Under the pieces are notes generated by a model. That model was not told the origin of the DNA. It worked only from the letters and a program-made list of their open reading frames with translations, and searched no databases. Made by a program: the position numbers and the translations under genes. From Steroidobacteraceae bacterium (GTDB taxonomy: Bacteria > Pseudomonadota > Gammaproteobacteria > Steroidobacterales > Steroidobacteraceae): 64,000 nucleotides of DNA. The stretch lies in the NCBI GenBank assembly GCA_050738495.1, contig JBOHZL010000004.1:21202-85201 (forward strand). Direction: 5' to 3'. Positions 17,879-29,390 of the stretch are shown in pieces (the stretch's first letter is position 1; each line of letters begins with the position of its first letter).

Positions 17879-19224
17879 TCGGCTGGCTCAAGCCGGCCGC
17901 ATTCGGTGAAGCCCTGCCCGCGGACCGGGTGGATGCGGAGTACAGGCGCCTGCGCCGGCGCGTGTATGCCGGCATCTTCGTCGGCTATGCGGGCTATTAC
18001 CTCGTCCGCAACAACCTGGCGCTCGCCATCCCCGATCTGCTGGCGGAATACCCGCAATACAGCAAGGCGCAACTCGGCACCGCGCTGACCGGGCTGTCCG
18101 TCGCCTACGGCCTGTCGAAGTTCCTGATGGGCTCGATCTCCGACCGCAGCAACCCGAAATATTTCCTTCCGCTTGGCCTGCTCGTCTCGAGCGGGATCAT
18201 GGCTGCATTCGGCCTGGTCGATGCCCTCTATACGTCGCTCGCCGCGATCATCACGATCATGACGCTGAACGGCTGGGTGCAGGGGATGGGCTGGCCGCCC
18301 TGCGGCAAGATCATGGTGCACTGGTTCAGCACCAGGGAGCGCGGGATGACCGTGTCGACCTGGAACACCGCGCATAACATCGGCGGCGCGCTGGTCGCCA
18401 ATCTTGCGCTGGTCGGCGTGATGCTGTTCCAAGACTGGGGCGCGAAGTTCTATTTCAACGCACTGGTTGCCGCGCTCATCGCCATCGGCGTCTGGTTCCT
18501 GCTGGAGGACACGCCGCAATCGCGCGGTCTGCCCGCCGTGGAACGGCACCGGAACGACTTCCCGCCGGATTACAGCGACGCGCACGAGCGGACCTTCGCG
18601 TTCCGCGAGATCTTCCTCCAGTACGTGTTGCCGAACCGGTACCTGTGGGCGATCGCGATCGCGAACGCCTTCTGCTATTTCGTGCGCTATGGCGTGGTGA
18701 ACTGGATACCGACCTATCTGGAGACCGCCAAGGGATTCTCGTTCCGGGAGTCGAGCATCGCGTGGTCGCTCTACGAATACGCGGCCATCCCAGGAACGAT
18801 CGTCTGCGGCCTGCTGTCCGACCGCTGGTTCAAGGGCAGGCGCGCGCCGGCGACCCTGTTGTTCATGGCGCTGACGCTCATCGCGGTGGTCGTTTACTGG
18901 CTCAACATGGAAGGGCCGCTCTGGATCGACTACGCGGCCCTGGTCGCGATCGGATTTCTCATCTACGGGCCGATCATGATGATCGGGCTGCATTCGCTCG
19001 ATCTCGTGCCCAAGAAAGCGGCCGGGACCGCCGCGGGCTTCACCGGTTTCTTCGGCTACGTTTTCGGGTCGGCGGTTGCGGGGACCGGCGTCGGGTGGAT
19101 CGCCGATCGCTGGGACTGGGACGGGGTGTTCTCGACGATGGTCGCCTGCTGCCTGCTGACGATCTTCTTCGTCTCGCTGACGCTCGGGCACGGGACGCGG
19201 AGCGAGAACCGGCAGGCGGGTTGA
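17875..19224 (+). CDS. glpT: sn-glycerol-3-phosphate transporter (MFS, organophosphate:Pi antiporter family)
   Basis: 449 aa. ...YAGYYLVRNNLALA..., ...LSKFLMGSISDRSNPK..., ...WNTAHNIGGA... are GlpT/UhpC family blocks. ATGA overlap with the phosphodiesterase gene. Confidence 0.85.
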   Translation: MIGWLKPAAFGEALPADRVDAEYRRLRRRVYAGIFVGYAGYYLVRNNLALAIPDLLAEYPQYSKAQLGTALTGLSVAYGLSKFLMGSISDRSNPKYFLPLGLLVSSGIMAAFGLVDALYTSLAAIITIMTLNGWVQGMGWPPCGKIMVHWFSTRERGMTVSTWNTAHNIGGALVANLALVGVMLFQDWGAKFYFNALVAALIAIGVWFLLEDTPQSRGLPAVERHRNDFPPDYSDAHERTFAFREIFLQYVLPNRYLWAIAIANAFCYFVRYGVVNWIPTYLETAKGFSFRESSIAWSLYEYAAIPGTIVCGLLSDRWFKGRRAPATLLFMALTLIAVVVYWLNMEGPLWIDYAALVAIGFLIYGPIMMIGLHSLDLVPKKAAGTAAGFTGFFGYVFGSAVAGTGVGWIADRWDWDGVFSTMVACCLLTIFFVSLTLGHGTRSENRQAG

Positions 19225-19226
19225 CG

Positions 19227-20507
19227 CTAGACGCCGCGGCGCCGCTCGAATCGGGCGAGCAGGCCGGTGGCCACGGTCGTCAGGAACACGACGCCGACCA
19301 GCAGCAGGAAGACTGCGTCGAGACCCTGGGTGTGCTTCAGCCAGCCGATCGCCGGTTCCTGGAGTATCGGCCCGATCGAGCCAAAGCCGTTGATGACACC
19401 GGCGGCAAGCGCGGCCTGGCGCCGGCATCCGACGTCCATCGCGCAGGCGCCGGACAACAGCGAGTCCGGCCCCATCGCCATGAATCCGATCATGCCGAGC
19501 AGCGCCACGAACAGCACCGGCGACCTCAGGCCGATCGCCCACATCAGGGACGTGGCGACCAGGCAGCCGGCGGTCATCCAGAAGATCACGGGGGTCCGGC
19601 GCGAGCCCGGGATGCGGTCCGACCAGATGCCGGCCACGATCACGCCGAGAAAGCCGATCCAGTCGAAGGCGGTGGACCAGTAGGCAGCAACCGGAGTCGT
19701 CATCCCGAAGTGCTCGCCGAGGATCAGCGCGGACCAGCTGTCCAGCGCGTAGCGCAGGAACTTGAAGCCGAAATAAATGAGGCCCATCGCCACGATCGAC
19801 GCGATGAATGCGCGCGGTAGCGCCGGCTCACGCGCCGCCGCCTCGCGCGGACCGGGCTCGGCGACGTCGGGCTCCGCATCGTCCTCGAGCGTCAGGCCGA
19901 CCGATTGCGGCCGCTCGCGGGCGCGCAGCACGAAATACGCGGTGAATGCCAGCAGCACGATGCTGGAGCCATGGAACGACCACGCGAGCCCGAGCCAGCC
20001 CAGCAGGAACCCGGCGAGTCCCTTGCCGAAGACGGCCCCGAACTGGTAGCAGGTGCCCCAGATGCCGAACAGCGTTCCGCGCTCGGAACGGCGCGTCCAG
20101 TTCGCGAACAGGGCGACGTTGTGCGGCCAGCCGGTCGCCTGGGCGAAGCCATGGATCCCCATGGTCACGCACATCCACAGGAGCACGTTCGCCTGCCCCG
20201 CATCGACCAGCAAGCCCAGCACGATGTTGCATGCGGCCGCGATGCACATGCCCCAGGCGAGCACGCGCCGGCTTTCCATGCGACGGCCGAGCCACGCGGC
20301 AAGGAACTGGCCCAGCATGTACGTGACGAGATAGACGGTCCACGGATAGGCCACCTGGATGTCGTCGAGGCCGAACTGTTCCTTGAGCGGGTGCTTGACG
20401 ACCGCGTAGACCTTGCGGACCAGGTAGAAGCCGCAATAGGACAGCCAGGTCGCGACGAAGAGCTGCGCGCGATAGCGACGCAGCAAGCCCGCATCGGTCT
20501 CGTTCAT
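19227..20507 (-). CDS. MFS transporter, organophosphate:Pi antiporter-like
   Basis: 426 aa from MNETDAG. ...YCGFYLVRKVY... and ...ATGWPHNVALFANWT..ERGT.FGIW... resemble the GlpT/UhpC family. ATGA overlap with the upstream HAD gene. Confidence 0.7.
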   Translation of the reverse strand: MNETDAGLLRRYRAQLFVATWLSYCGFYLVRKVYAVVKHPLKEQFGLDDIQVAYPWTVYLVTYMLGQFLAAWLGRRMESRRVLAWGMCIAAACNIVLGLLVDAGQANVLLWMCVTMGIHGFAQATGWPHNVALFANWTRRSERGTLFGIWGTCYQFGAVFGKGLAGFLLGWLGLAWSFHGSSIVLLAFTAYFVLRARERPQSVGLTLEDDAEPDVAEPGPREAAAREPALPRAFIASIVAMGLIYFGFKFLRYALDSWSALILGEHFGMTTPVAAYWSTAFDWIGFLGVIVAGIWSDRIPGSRRTPVIFWMTAGCLVATSLMWAIGLRSPVLFVALLGMIGFMAMGPDSLLSGACAMDVGCRRQAALAAGVINGFGSIGPILQEPAIGWLKHTQGLDAVFLLLVGVVFLTTVATGLLARFERRRGV

Positions 20508-21250
20508 GAGTACGACTTGCCGGCGAGGTCGAGGCTGCCGTCCGCGAGCCCGTCCCAGAAACCCGGCGGCAGGGTCCGGTAATGCGTGCAGCTGGCCGTG
20601 GCAAGCGGAATATTTGCCGGGATGTCCGACGCGCAACAGGTGACGAACATCGAGCGCATCCCGGCGGCTCTTGCCGCCAGCAGGCCGGCCCGGCTGTCCT
20701 CGAATACCACCGCCTCGCCCGTGTCGATGTCGAACGCACGCGCTGCGAGCAGGAATCCCTCCGGGTCGGGCTTGCCATTTCCCACGTCGCCGCCGCCGAT
20801 GCGCGCGCCCCGGTCGACACAGTCGGAGACCCCGAGCTTGTCGAGGAAGGCGTCGATCACGGCGCGCGGGCTCGATGACACGACGCCGACTTTCATCCTG
20901 CGCGCGGCGGCGCGCACGGCATCGGGCGCGCCGGGAACCGGCGTGACATCTGCAGTGGCGTCGGTCCAGTACGCCAGCAGCTCAGCCGCGATAGCCGGTG
21001 CTTCGCGACCGATTTTCGTCCGCGCCCGGATGACGTCGGCGACATGGGCCCAGGTGCGCCCGCGGGTCTCGGCGTGGGGCAGCGCGAAATCGGGGATCCC
21101 GTGTCGCGCGACGACCGCCCTGATCGCTTCATCCGTCTGTGGCTCGCTGTCGACCAGCGTTCCGTCCAGGTCGAAAAGCGCGGCGCGCACGGGACGGATG
21201 CCGGTCTCGTGTACGGCATCGCCGGAGCTCGCTGCAGCGCGCCGGCCCAT
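20504..21250 (-). CDS. HAD-IA family hydrolase (beta-phosphoglucomutase/sugar-phosphatase type)
   Basis: 248 aa. LFDLDGTLVDS (motif I), SSS (motif II), GKPDPEGF and VFEDSRAG (motifs III/IV). The start shares 1 nt with the EamA stop (TGATG). Confidence 0.8.
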   Translation of the reverse strand: MGRRAAASSGDAVHETGIRPVRAALFDLDGTLVDSEPQTDEAIRAVVARHGIPDFALPHAETRGRTWAHVADVIRARTKIGREAPAIAAELLAYWTDATADVTPVPGAPDAVRAAARRMKVGVVSSSPRAVIDAFLDKLGVSDCVDRGARIGGGDVGNGKPDPEGFLLAARAFDIDTGEAVVFEDSRAGLLAARAAGMRSMFVTCCASDIPANIPLATASCTHYRTLPPGFWDGLADGSLDLAGKSYS

Positions 21251-22191
21251 CAGCTTGCCTCGACCCTCGCGGGGCCCTTCGGCAACGGCCTCAGGTAACC
21301 CGTCACCAGGGCGACCCCGAGCAGGATGACCGCCATTCCAGCGAGCTGACTCCAGGCGAGCGTCTCGCCGAGCGCGAGCCACCCGATCAGCGCTGCCACG
21401 GCAGGGCACACATAGCCGTAGGAACCGACGACGACCGGCGAGGTGTGGACCGTGAGCCAGGCGTAGGCGGAGTAGGCGAGGCAGGAGCTCACGAGCGTCA
21501 GGAACAGGAAGGCCGCGAGCGCGCGTGGCGTCCATTGGATCGCAAGGGTCTCGCCCGAGGCAGCGGCGGCCAGGAGCAGTCCGAGTCCGCCGGCCAGCAT
21601 CTGCATCGCGACGAACATCAGCGGTGGATTCCTGGCGTCGGAGTTGCGGTGATAGATGGTTCCGAGCGACCAGCTCAGGCATCCCAGCAGGATCAGGAGC
21701 TGCCAGCCAAGACCGGCGAGATGGAATCCGCCTTTCGGCGCGAGCACCAGCAGGACGCCGCCGAGCCCGACGAGAAGCCCGACTTTCGCCGGGCCGGAAA
21801 CCGGCTTGCTGCGGCGTCCAAATGTGCCGAGCCAGGCGATCCAGAGCGATGGTGTCGCATTGAGCAAGGCCGCCGTATTCGACTGCACGTGCTGCATCGC
21901 GATCACGTAGCAGGCATTGCTGAAGAGCACCGACAGGATGGCCATCGCGAGCACGTGCCGCAACTCGATGCGCGACAGCACCGGCGGTCCGCTGCGCCAC
22001 CAGGCGAATGCCATCAGCAGGATGCCGGCGACGGAAAAGCGCAGGCCCGCGGCGACCAGCGGCGGCTCGTCCGTCACCATGATCTTGGTCGCGAAGTAGC
22101 TCGATCCCCAGACGAGGTAGGTGATCGCAAGAGCGATCGCGATGCGGGGCCGCAGTGAGTCACTCGTCAGGGCGAAACCCGGTCTCGCCAT
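21250..22191 (-). CDS. EamA/DMT family transporter
   Basis: 313 aa, ~10 TM segments, duplicated EamA pattern (…WGSSYFATK… / …LAYSAYAWL…). Confidence 0.8.
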   Translation of the reverse strand: MARPGFALTSDSLRPRIAIALAITYLVWGSSYFATKIMVTDEPPLVAAGLRFSVAGILLMAFAWWRSGPPVLSRIELRHVLAMAILSVLFSNACYVIAMQHVQSNTAALLNATPSLWIAWLGTFGRRSKPVSGPAKVGLLVGLGGVLLVLAPKGGFHLAGLGWQLLILLGCLSWSLGTIYHRNSDARNPPLMFVAMQMLAGGLGLLLAAAASGETLAIQWTPRALAAFLFLTLVSSCLAYSAYAWLTVHTSPVVVGSYGYVCPAVAALIGWLALGETLAWSQLAGMAVILLGVALVTGYLRPLPKGPARVEAS

Positions 22192-22279
22192 GGCCGCCGG
22201 CGAGCAGCACGACGATGAATTTCAACTCAGCCCGCATCGTTGTCCACGTCGCCGCCGAGAGCCGCCAGAGAACCGCAGC

Positions 22280-24217
22280 CTACGCTTGCGCCTGCCCGCG
22301 CACGCGCCGGATGGAGATCGAGTAGAGCCACCAGGCGACCGCTGCAAGCGCCGCGAGTCCGACCCACTTGCCTGGCCGCATCGATGCGGCGACGGCGAGC
22401 ACATCGGCATCGCCGCTCGCGACGATCGGGATCGCGATCAGCACGCCGATGATGGCCTCGCCCGCGATCAGCCCGGCGGAGAACAGGAGCCCGGTCTGCT
22501 TCAACAGCTCGGGGTCGCGCCCGGGATTGCGCCGCCGGTGCCAGCGGGTCGCGAGCTCCGCGACCAGGCCGCCCGCGAAGATCGGTGTCGTCAGCTCGAG
22601 CGGCAGGTAGATCCCGACAGCCACTGCGAGCACGGGCGCCCGCCAGCTCGCGCCGCGGGCCTTGAGCCACTCGTCCAGCACGATGACGACCGCGCCGATC
22701 GCGGCGCCGATCGCGACCATGTTCCAGGGCAGGCCGTTGCCGAAGATGCCGCTTGCGACCGAGGCCATCAGCGTCGCCTGCGGCGCGGCGAGCGCGTTCA
22801 CGCCCTCGCGCGCGGGCGTGCCGATGCCGTAGGCCTCCAGCAGCAGGTTCAGCACCGGCGCCATGACGGCGGCGCTCGCCAGCGCGCCGATGCCGAGCAT
22901 CACCTGCTGCCGCCACGGCGTCGCGCCGACGAGCTGGCCGGCCTTGAGGTCCTGGAGATTGTCGCCGGCGACCGCCGCGGAGTTGCAGATCACCGCGCCG
23001 ATCATGATCGCGGCTACGGGCCCGACGGTGGAGCCCGTGCCCATGAGCGCGAGCAGGATCAGCGACGCGAACAGGATGGTCGAGATGGTGATGCCGGAGA
23101 CGGGGTTGTTGGAGGATCCGACCAGGCCCGCCATGTAGCCGCTGACCGAGGAGAACACGAATCCCGCCACGACCATGATCACGGCCATCGTGAACGCGAT
23201 GCCGAGCGAATCCACGACCGCGTAATAGAGCGCGAACAGCGGCAGCACGAACAGCACGATACCGGCCAGGATCGCGGTCATCGGCAGGTCGCGCTCGGTG
23301 TGCGGTACGTTCGCGGCGGAGCCGCCCTTGAGCGCCATGCCGGTCCTGACGCCGGACAGCAGCGACCTGCGCAGCGACCACAACGACCAGAGGCCGCCGA
23401 TCAGCATGGCGCCGACGCCGATGTAGCGCACCTGCCGGCCCCAGATCAGGTTGGCCGCGGCCTCGGCCTCGAGGCCGACGAGCTGCGCGGCCAGTGCCGG
23501 ATTGCTGTCATGGAAAAACGTGTTGTACAGCGGGATGAACACCCACCACGACAGTGCGCCGCCGGAAAGCATCAGGGTGCCGATGTTGAACCCGACGATG
23601 AACCCGACGCCCAGCAGTGCCGGGGACAGATTGATGCCGAAGAAGCCGATGGTGCGCTCACCGAAGAAGCGCGCCGCCGTGAAGGATTCGGGAGAGAAGC
23701 GCATGCCAGCCAGTGCGAGCTTGAACAGCGCGCCCGTGGCCGCCGCGAGCGACAGCGCCTTGAGTCCGTGCCCCGGGTCCTGCCCGACCTTCAGCACTTC
23801 GGCGGTCGCCACGCCTTCCGGGAACTGCAATTTCTGGTCGAGGATCAGCGTGCGGCGCAGCGGCACGGAGAACAGCACGCCGAGCAGGCCGCCGAGGCCG
23901 GCGATGCAGAGCACCCACCAGTACTGGAAGTTCGACCAGTGACCCATGATCACGAGCGCCGGGATCGTGAAGATGGTGCCGGCGGCGATCGAGGACGCCG
24001 CGGAGGCGCCGGTCGCGACGATGTTGTTCTCGAGGATGCTCGATCGTCCGAGCAGGCGCAGCACGCCCATCGAGACGACGGCAGCGGGGATCGCCGTCGC
24101 GACCGTCAGGCCGGCAAAGAGCCCGAGGTAGGCGTTGGCCGCGGCGAGCAGCACCGCGAGGATCAGCGACAGGACGATCGCGCGTAAGGTCAATTGCGCC
24201 GGATCGTGGGCGTTCAT
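22280..24217 (-). CDS. OPT family oligopeptide transporter
   Basis: 645 aa polytopic membrane protein. N-terminal ...LTLRAIVLS..LAAANAYLGL.AGLTV.ATIPAAV.SMG... is typical of bacterial OPT. Confidence 0.85.
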   Translation of the reverse strand: MNAHDPAQLTLRAIVLSLILAVLLAAANAYLGLFAGLTVATAIPAAVVSMGVLRLLGRSSILENNIVATGASAASSIAAGTIFTIPALVIMGHWSNFQYWWVLCIAGLGGLLGVLFSVPLRRTLILDQKLQFPEGVATAEVLKVGQDPGHGLKALSLAAATGALFKLALAGMRFSPESFTAARFFGERTIGFFGINLSPALLGVGFIVGFNIGTLMLSGGALSWWVFIPLYNTFFHDSNPALAAQLVGLEAEAAANLIWGRQVRYIGVGAMLIGGLWSLWSLRRSLLSGVRTGMALKGGSAANVPHTERDLPMTAILAGIVLFVLPLFALYYAVVDSLGIAFTMAVIMVVAGFVFSSVSGYMAGLVGSSNNPVSGITISTILFASLILLALMGTGSTVGPVAAIMIGAVICNSAAVAGDNLQDLKAGQLVGATPWRQQVMLGIGALASAAVMAPVLNLLLEAYGIGTPAREGVNALAAPQATLMASVASGIFGNGLPWNMVAIGAAIGAVVIVLDEWLKARGASWRAPVLAVAVGIYLPLELTTPIFAGGLVAELATRWHRRRNPGRDPELLKQTGLLFSAGLIAGEAIIGVLIAIPIVASGDADVLAVAASMRPGKWVGLAALAAVAWWLYSISIRRVRGQAQA

Positions 24218-24248
24218 GCGGATTCCCCCTCGGATTCCCTGACGGTTA

Positions 24249-26051
24249 CTACCAGCCGCACTGGCGACCGCGATTCTGTTCCTCGAGCCAGCCCATCAAC
24301 GGCTGGAAATATTCGACGATGGCGCTCGCGTCCATCTGCCGCGTGCCGGCGAGCTTTTCGAGCGCATCCTGCCAGGGCTTGCTCTGGCCGAGTGCCAGCA
24401 TCTCGTGGTACGCGCGGCCGGCTTCCGCGCTGCCGAAAATCGAGCACTCGTGCAGCGGGCCCTTGAATCCCGCCTGCTCGCAGAGCGCGCGGTGGAACTG
24501 GAACTGGAGCACGAAAGAGAGGAAATAGCGCGTGTAGGGCGTGTTGCCCGGCACGTGATACTTGGCGCCCGGATCGAAGTCCGCCTCGGTTCGCGCAGCC
24601 GGCGCATCGACTCCCTGGTACTTGCGGCGCATTTCCCACCAGGCTGCGTTGTATTTCTCCGGCGGAATCGCGCCCGAAAACACGCTCCAGCGCCACTGGT
24701 CGACGAGCTTGCCGAATGGCAGGAAGGCGATCTTCTCGCTCGCCACCTTCATCTGCCGGTTGATCACGGCCTCGCGGCTCGACTTCGTCCCCTTGGGCAG
24801 GAGCCCGATGCCCGCGAGGTAACCCTCGGTCATCGAGAGATTGATGGTGTCGCCGATCGCCTCGTGGAAGCCGTCGTGGGCGCTCGACTGGTACAGGTAC
24901 GGCTGCTTGATGTAGGCGAGGTCGTAATAGATGTGCCCGAGCTCGTGATAGATCGTGTAGAGGTCTTCCTCGGTCGTGTAGATGCACTGCTTGATGCGCA
25001 CGTCGCCCTTCGCGTCCATGTTCCAGGCGCTGGCGTAGCAATCCACCTCGCGGTCGCGCGGCCGCGTCAGCATCGAGCGGTCCCAGAAGCTCTGCGGAAG
25101 CTCCTGGAAGCCGAGCGACTTGTAGAAGGACTCCGCGGAGCGCGTCATGCGCACCGCGTCGTAACCCTGCTTCTTGAGCGCCGAGGTCACGTTCAGGTTC
25201 GAGACGCCGGGATAGGGCTCGAGCAGGTCGTAGATGTTGTTCCACTGCTGCGCCCACATGTTCCCGAACAGGTGCGCCGGCACCGGCTTGCCGTCCGGCA
25301 CGAGCTCCTTGCCGTACTTTTCCTGCAATTGCGCCCGCGCGTAGCAGTGCATGCCGTCATAGAGCGGCTTCACCTGCTTCCAGAGCCTTTCGGTCTCGGC
25401 CTCGAACTCGACCGGGCTCATGTCGTAGCCGGACCGCCACAGCTCGCCCAGGTCCTTGAAGCCGAGCCCCTTCGCCCCTTCGTTCGACAGCTCGACGAAG
25501 CGCTGATAGTCCTTGCGGATCGGCTTCGCGATCGCGTGCCAGCCGGTCCAGGTGTCGAGCAATTCGTCGGGTTTCCGGCTTTTCGCCAGGATGTCCGACA
25601 ACTGCTCGAAATTGAGGCAGCTTTCCGAGCCCTTCGGGCAGTATTTTCCGGCGCTGTAGACCGAAACCATGCGCGCTTCCAGCTCGGAAAGCTCAGCACG
25701 CTTTGCCGGATCATCCGGCGCCGGCGCCGAGAGGCCGAGCTTCAGGAGCTCGATCGTGCGCGCCGCGTTGTCCGAGATGTCCTTGCCCTCGTAGACTTCG
25801 GATTCCTTGATCAGGCGCGAATAATCCTCCTGCACGCGTTCGCTGGCCTTGGCCGCGAGCGCCTCGGTATCCGGCGTGATGTAGGTGAGCTGCACCCAGG
25901 TGGCCATCGCGCCCTCGTGGCCGCTCTCGGCGAGCTCGGCATTCGCGCGCGCGGCGAACTCGTCGGCCGATTCTTCCTTCTTCGACTCGCCGGTGCCGCC
26001 GCAGGCGGCAAGAATTCCGGCCAGGCCGAGGAGTACTGCGATGCGCTGCAT
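24249..26051 (-). CDS. M2 family (angiotensin-converting-enzyme-like) peptidyl-dipeptidase, predicted lipoprotein
   Basis: From MQRIAVLLGLAGILAACGG (lipobox). Gluzincin site HELGHIYY...HEAIGD. ~600 aa, the size of single-domain bacterial ACE homologues. Confidence 0.85.
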   Translation of the reverse strand: MQRIAVLLGLAGILAACGGTGESKKEESADEFAARANAELAESGHEGAMATWVQLTYITPDTEALAAKASERVQEDYSRLIKESEVYEGKDISDNAARTIELLKLGLSAPAPDDPAKRAELSELEARMVSVYSAGKYCPKGSESCLNFEQLSDILAKSRKPDELLDTWTGWHAIAKPIRKDYQRFVELSNEGAKGLGFKDLGELWRSGYDMSPVEFEAETERLWKQVKPLYDGMHCYARAQLQEKYGKELVPDGKPVPAHLFGNMWAQQWNNIYDLLEPYPGVSNLNVTSALKKQGYDAVRMTRSAESFYKSLGFQELPQSFWDRSMLTRPRDREVDCYASAWNMDAKGDVRIKQCIYTTEEDLYTIYHELGHIYYDLAYIKQPYLYQSSAHDGFHEAIGDTINLSMTEGYLAGIGLLPKGTKSSREAVINRQMKVASEKIAFLPFGKLVDQWRWSVFSGAIPPEKYNAAWWEMRRKYQGVDAPAARTEADFDPGAKYHVPGNTPYTRYFLSFVLQFQFHRALCEQAGFKGPLHECSIFGSAEAGRAYHEMLALGQSKPWQDALEKLAGTRQMDASAIVEYFQPLMGWLEEQNRGRQCGW

Positions 26052-26059
26052 GGAATGCC

Positions 26060-27541
<1,482 letters not shown>

Positions 27542-27592
27542 TCGACATTTACTCCGGAGTCGGGCGAGTCTCCGCCATGTTGCGGTGCAACA

Positions 27593-28363
27593 TCAAGCCG
27601 GATTGTCCTGGGGATCGGGCGGTTCCCCGCGGACCAGCACGCGCGACATCAGCACGCCGGCCTCGTAGAGCGCGTACATCGGCAGCGCCATCAGCGTCTG
27701 CGAGACGGGATCCGGCGGCGTCAGGAAGGCCGCGATGATGAAGATCCCGAGGATGACGTAGCCGCGATTCTTCGAAAGCGTCTCGCGCTTCACCAGGCCG
27801 GTCCGCACCAGCAGCACCGTCGCCACGGGAATCTCGAACGCGAGGCCGAATGCGAAGAACAGCAGCACCGCGAAGTCCATGTACTGCGTGATGTCCGTCA
27901 TCATCTCGACGCCCGCCGGTGTCGTCATGACGAAGAACTGGAAAATCACGGGAAACACCACGAAATACGCGAACGCGGCGCCTCCATAGAAGAGGATCAC
28001 GCTGGAGACGAACAGCGGCAGCGCGAAGCGCCGCTCGTGCTTGTAGAGCCCGGGCGCGACGAAGGCCCAGACCTGGTAGAGGATCACCGGCATCGCCAGG
28101 AAGATCGCGGCGAGCAGCGCGAGCTTGAACGGCGTCATGAATGGCGCCACCACCGAGGTCGCGATCAGCGATGCGCCTTTGGGGAGCTGGCTTCGCAGCG
28201 GCGCGGAGAGCCAGGTGAAGATGTCGTTCGCAAAGTAGAGGCAGGGCAGCGCGATCACCAGGGTCGCGATCAGCGCGCGCAGCAGCCGGTCACGCAGCTC
28301 CAGCAGATGCGACAGCAGGCTGCTCTCGGCGAGCTTCTCCTGCTCGGCGTCGGCGGCGCTCAT
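27593..28363 (-). CDS. tatC: twin-arginine translocase subunit TatC
   Basis: 256 aa, 6 TM, ...LSHLLELRDRL... N-terminus. Sits downstream of tatA-tatB. Confidence 0.92.
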   Translation of the reverse strand: MSAADAEQEKLAESSLLSHLLELRDRLLRALIATLVIALPCLYFANDIFTWLSAPLRSQLPKGASLIATSVVAPFMTPFKLALLAAIFLAMPVILYQVWAFVAPGLYKHERRFALPLFVSSVILFYGGAAFAYFVVFPVIFQFFVMTTPAGVEMMTDITQYMDFAVLLFFAFGLAFEIPVATVLLVRTGLVKRETLSKNRGYVILGIFIIAAFLTPPDPVSQTLMALPMYALYEAGVLMSRVLVRGEPPDPQDNPA

Positions 28364-28656
28364 GGCGACGGCGGCGGCCCGCCGCTCGTGTCGGGCGGAT
28401 CGACCGGCGGTGTCTGCGGTGACGGCGGCGAAGGCGGCGGCGTGCCGGGTGGGCGGCGCTCGGTCAGGTCAAAGTCGGATTTCGAGACGACGGTGACTTC
28501 CTCGTCGAGCTGCTGGCGCAACTGGCGCGCCATTGAGCGCGCGCGCCCGGCCCAGCGCCCGACCTTGCGCGCGAGACCCGGCAGCTTCTCGGGGCCCAGC
28601 ACCAACAGCGCGATGCCGAGGATCAGGATGATCTCGGTGAAACCGACCTCGAACAT
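28360..28656 (-). CDS. tatB: twin-arginine translocase subunit TatB
   Basis: MFEVGFTEIILILGIALLVLGPEKLP... is the TatA/B family N-terminus. 4-nt overlap with tatC. Confidence 0.88.
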   Translation of the reverse strand: MFEVGFTEIILILGIALLVLGPEKLPGLARKVGRWAGRARSMARQLRQQLDEEVTVVSKSDFDLTERRPPGTPPPSPPSPQTPPVDPPDTSGGPPPSP

Positions 28657-28669
28657 CGGCCAGAAGGCT

Positions 28670-28912
28670 CTAGGCGTTCTTCGAGTTGTCCGCGTTCTCG
28701 CGGTCGCGCTTGCCCGAGCTGAAATCGGCGTCCGGGCGTCCGTCCTGGACGAGCGTCTTGCCGGACTCCTCCGCCTCGCCGTCGTTCATTGATTTCTTGA
28801 AGCCGCGCACCGCGGCGCCGAGGTCCGAGCCGATGTTGCGCAGCTTCTTCGCCCCGAAGATCAGGAGCGCGATCGCGAGGATGATCAGCAGTTCGCGAAA
28901 TCCAATACCCAT
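28670..28912 (-). CDS. tatA: twin-arginine translocase subunit TatA
   Basis: From [33 protein letters not shown] use the internal ATG at 28912. The ORF-track extension adds 17 non-conserved residues. Confidence 0.88.
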   Translation of the reverse strand: MGIGFRELLIILAIALLIFGAKKLRNIGSDLGAAVRGFKKSMNDGEAEESGKTLVQDGRPDADFSSGKRDRENADNSKNA

Positions 28913-28949
28913 GTCGATGACTCCGGCCCGCGCACCTGGCGCTGGTTTC

Positions 28950-29390
28950 TCATGATACGCCAAGCCAGAACGTCACCGGACCGTCGTTGGTCAGCGACAC
29001 CTGCATATGGGCGCCAAAACGGCCGGATTGCGTGCCCGGCAGGCGCTCGCGGGCGCGGTTTGCCATATGCACGAACAGGCGCTCGGCCTCCGCCGGTTCC
29101 GCCGCGCGGCTGAATCCGGGGCGGAGCCCGCTCGAGGTGTCGGCGGCGAGCGTGAACTGGGGCACCAGCAGCAGCGTGCCGCCGGCGTCGATCACCGAGC
29201 GGTTCATGCGCCCGCTCGCGTCGGCGAAGACGCGGTAGTTCACCAGCCGTTCGACCAGCACGTCTGCGGTCGCCGCGCTGTCGCCGCGCTCGACCGCGAC
29301 CAGGACCAGGAGCCCGTGACCGATCCTCGCGATTTCGCGCCCGTCGACTTCGACCGACGCGCCCGTCACGCGCTGCAGCAGGCCGATCAT
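28950..29390 (-). CDS. dtd: D-aminoacyl-tRNA deacylase
   Basis: 146 aa. MIGLLQRV...GLLVLV...VSQFTL-like ([10 protein letters not shown]) and the C-terminal ...NDGPVTF... motif. Confidence 0.9.
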   Translation of the reverse strand: MIGLLQRVTGASVEVDGREIARIGHGLLVLVAVERGDSAATADVLVERLVNYRVFADASGRMNRSVIDAGGTLLLVPQFTLAADTSSGLRPGFSRAAEPAEAERLFVHMANRARERLPGTQSGRFGAHMQVSLTNDGPVTFWLGVS

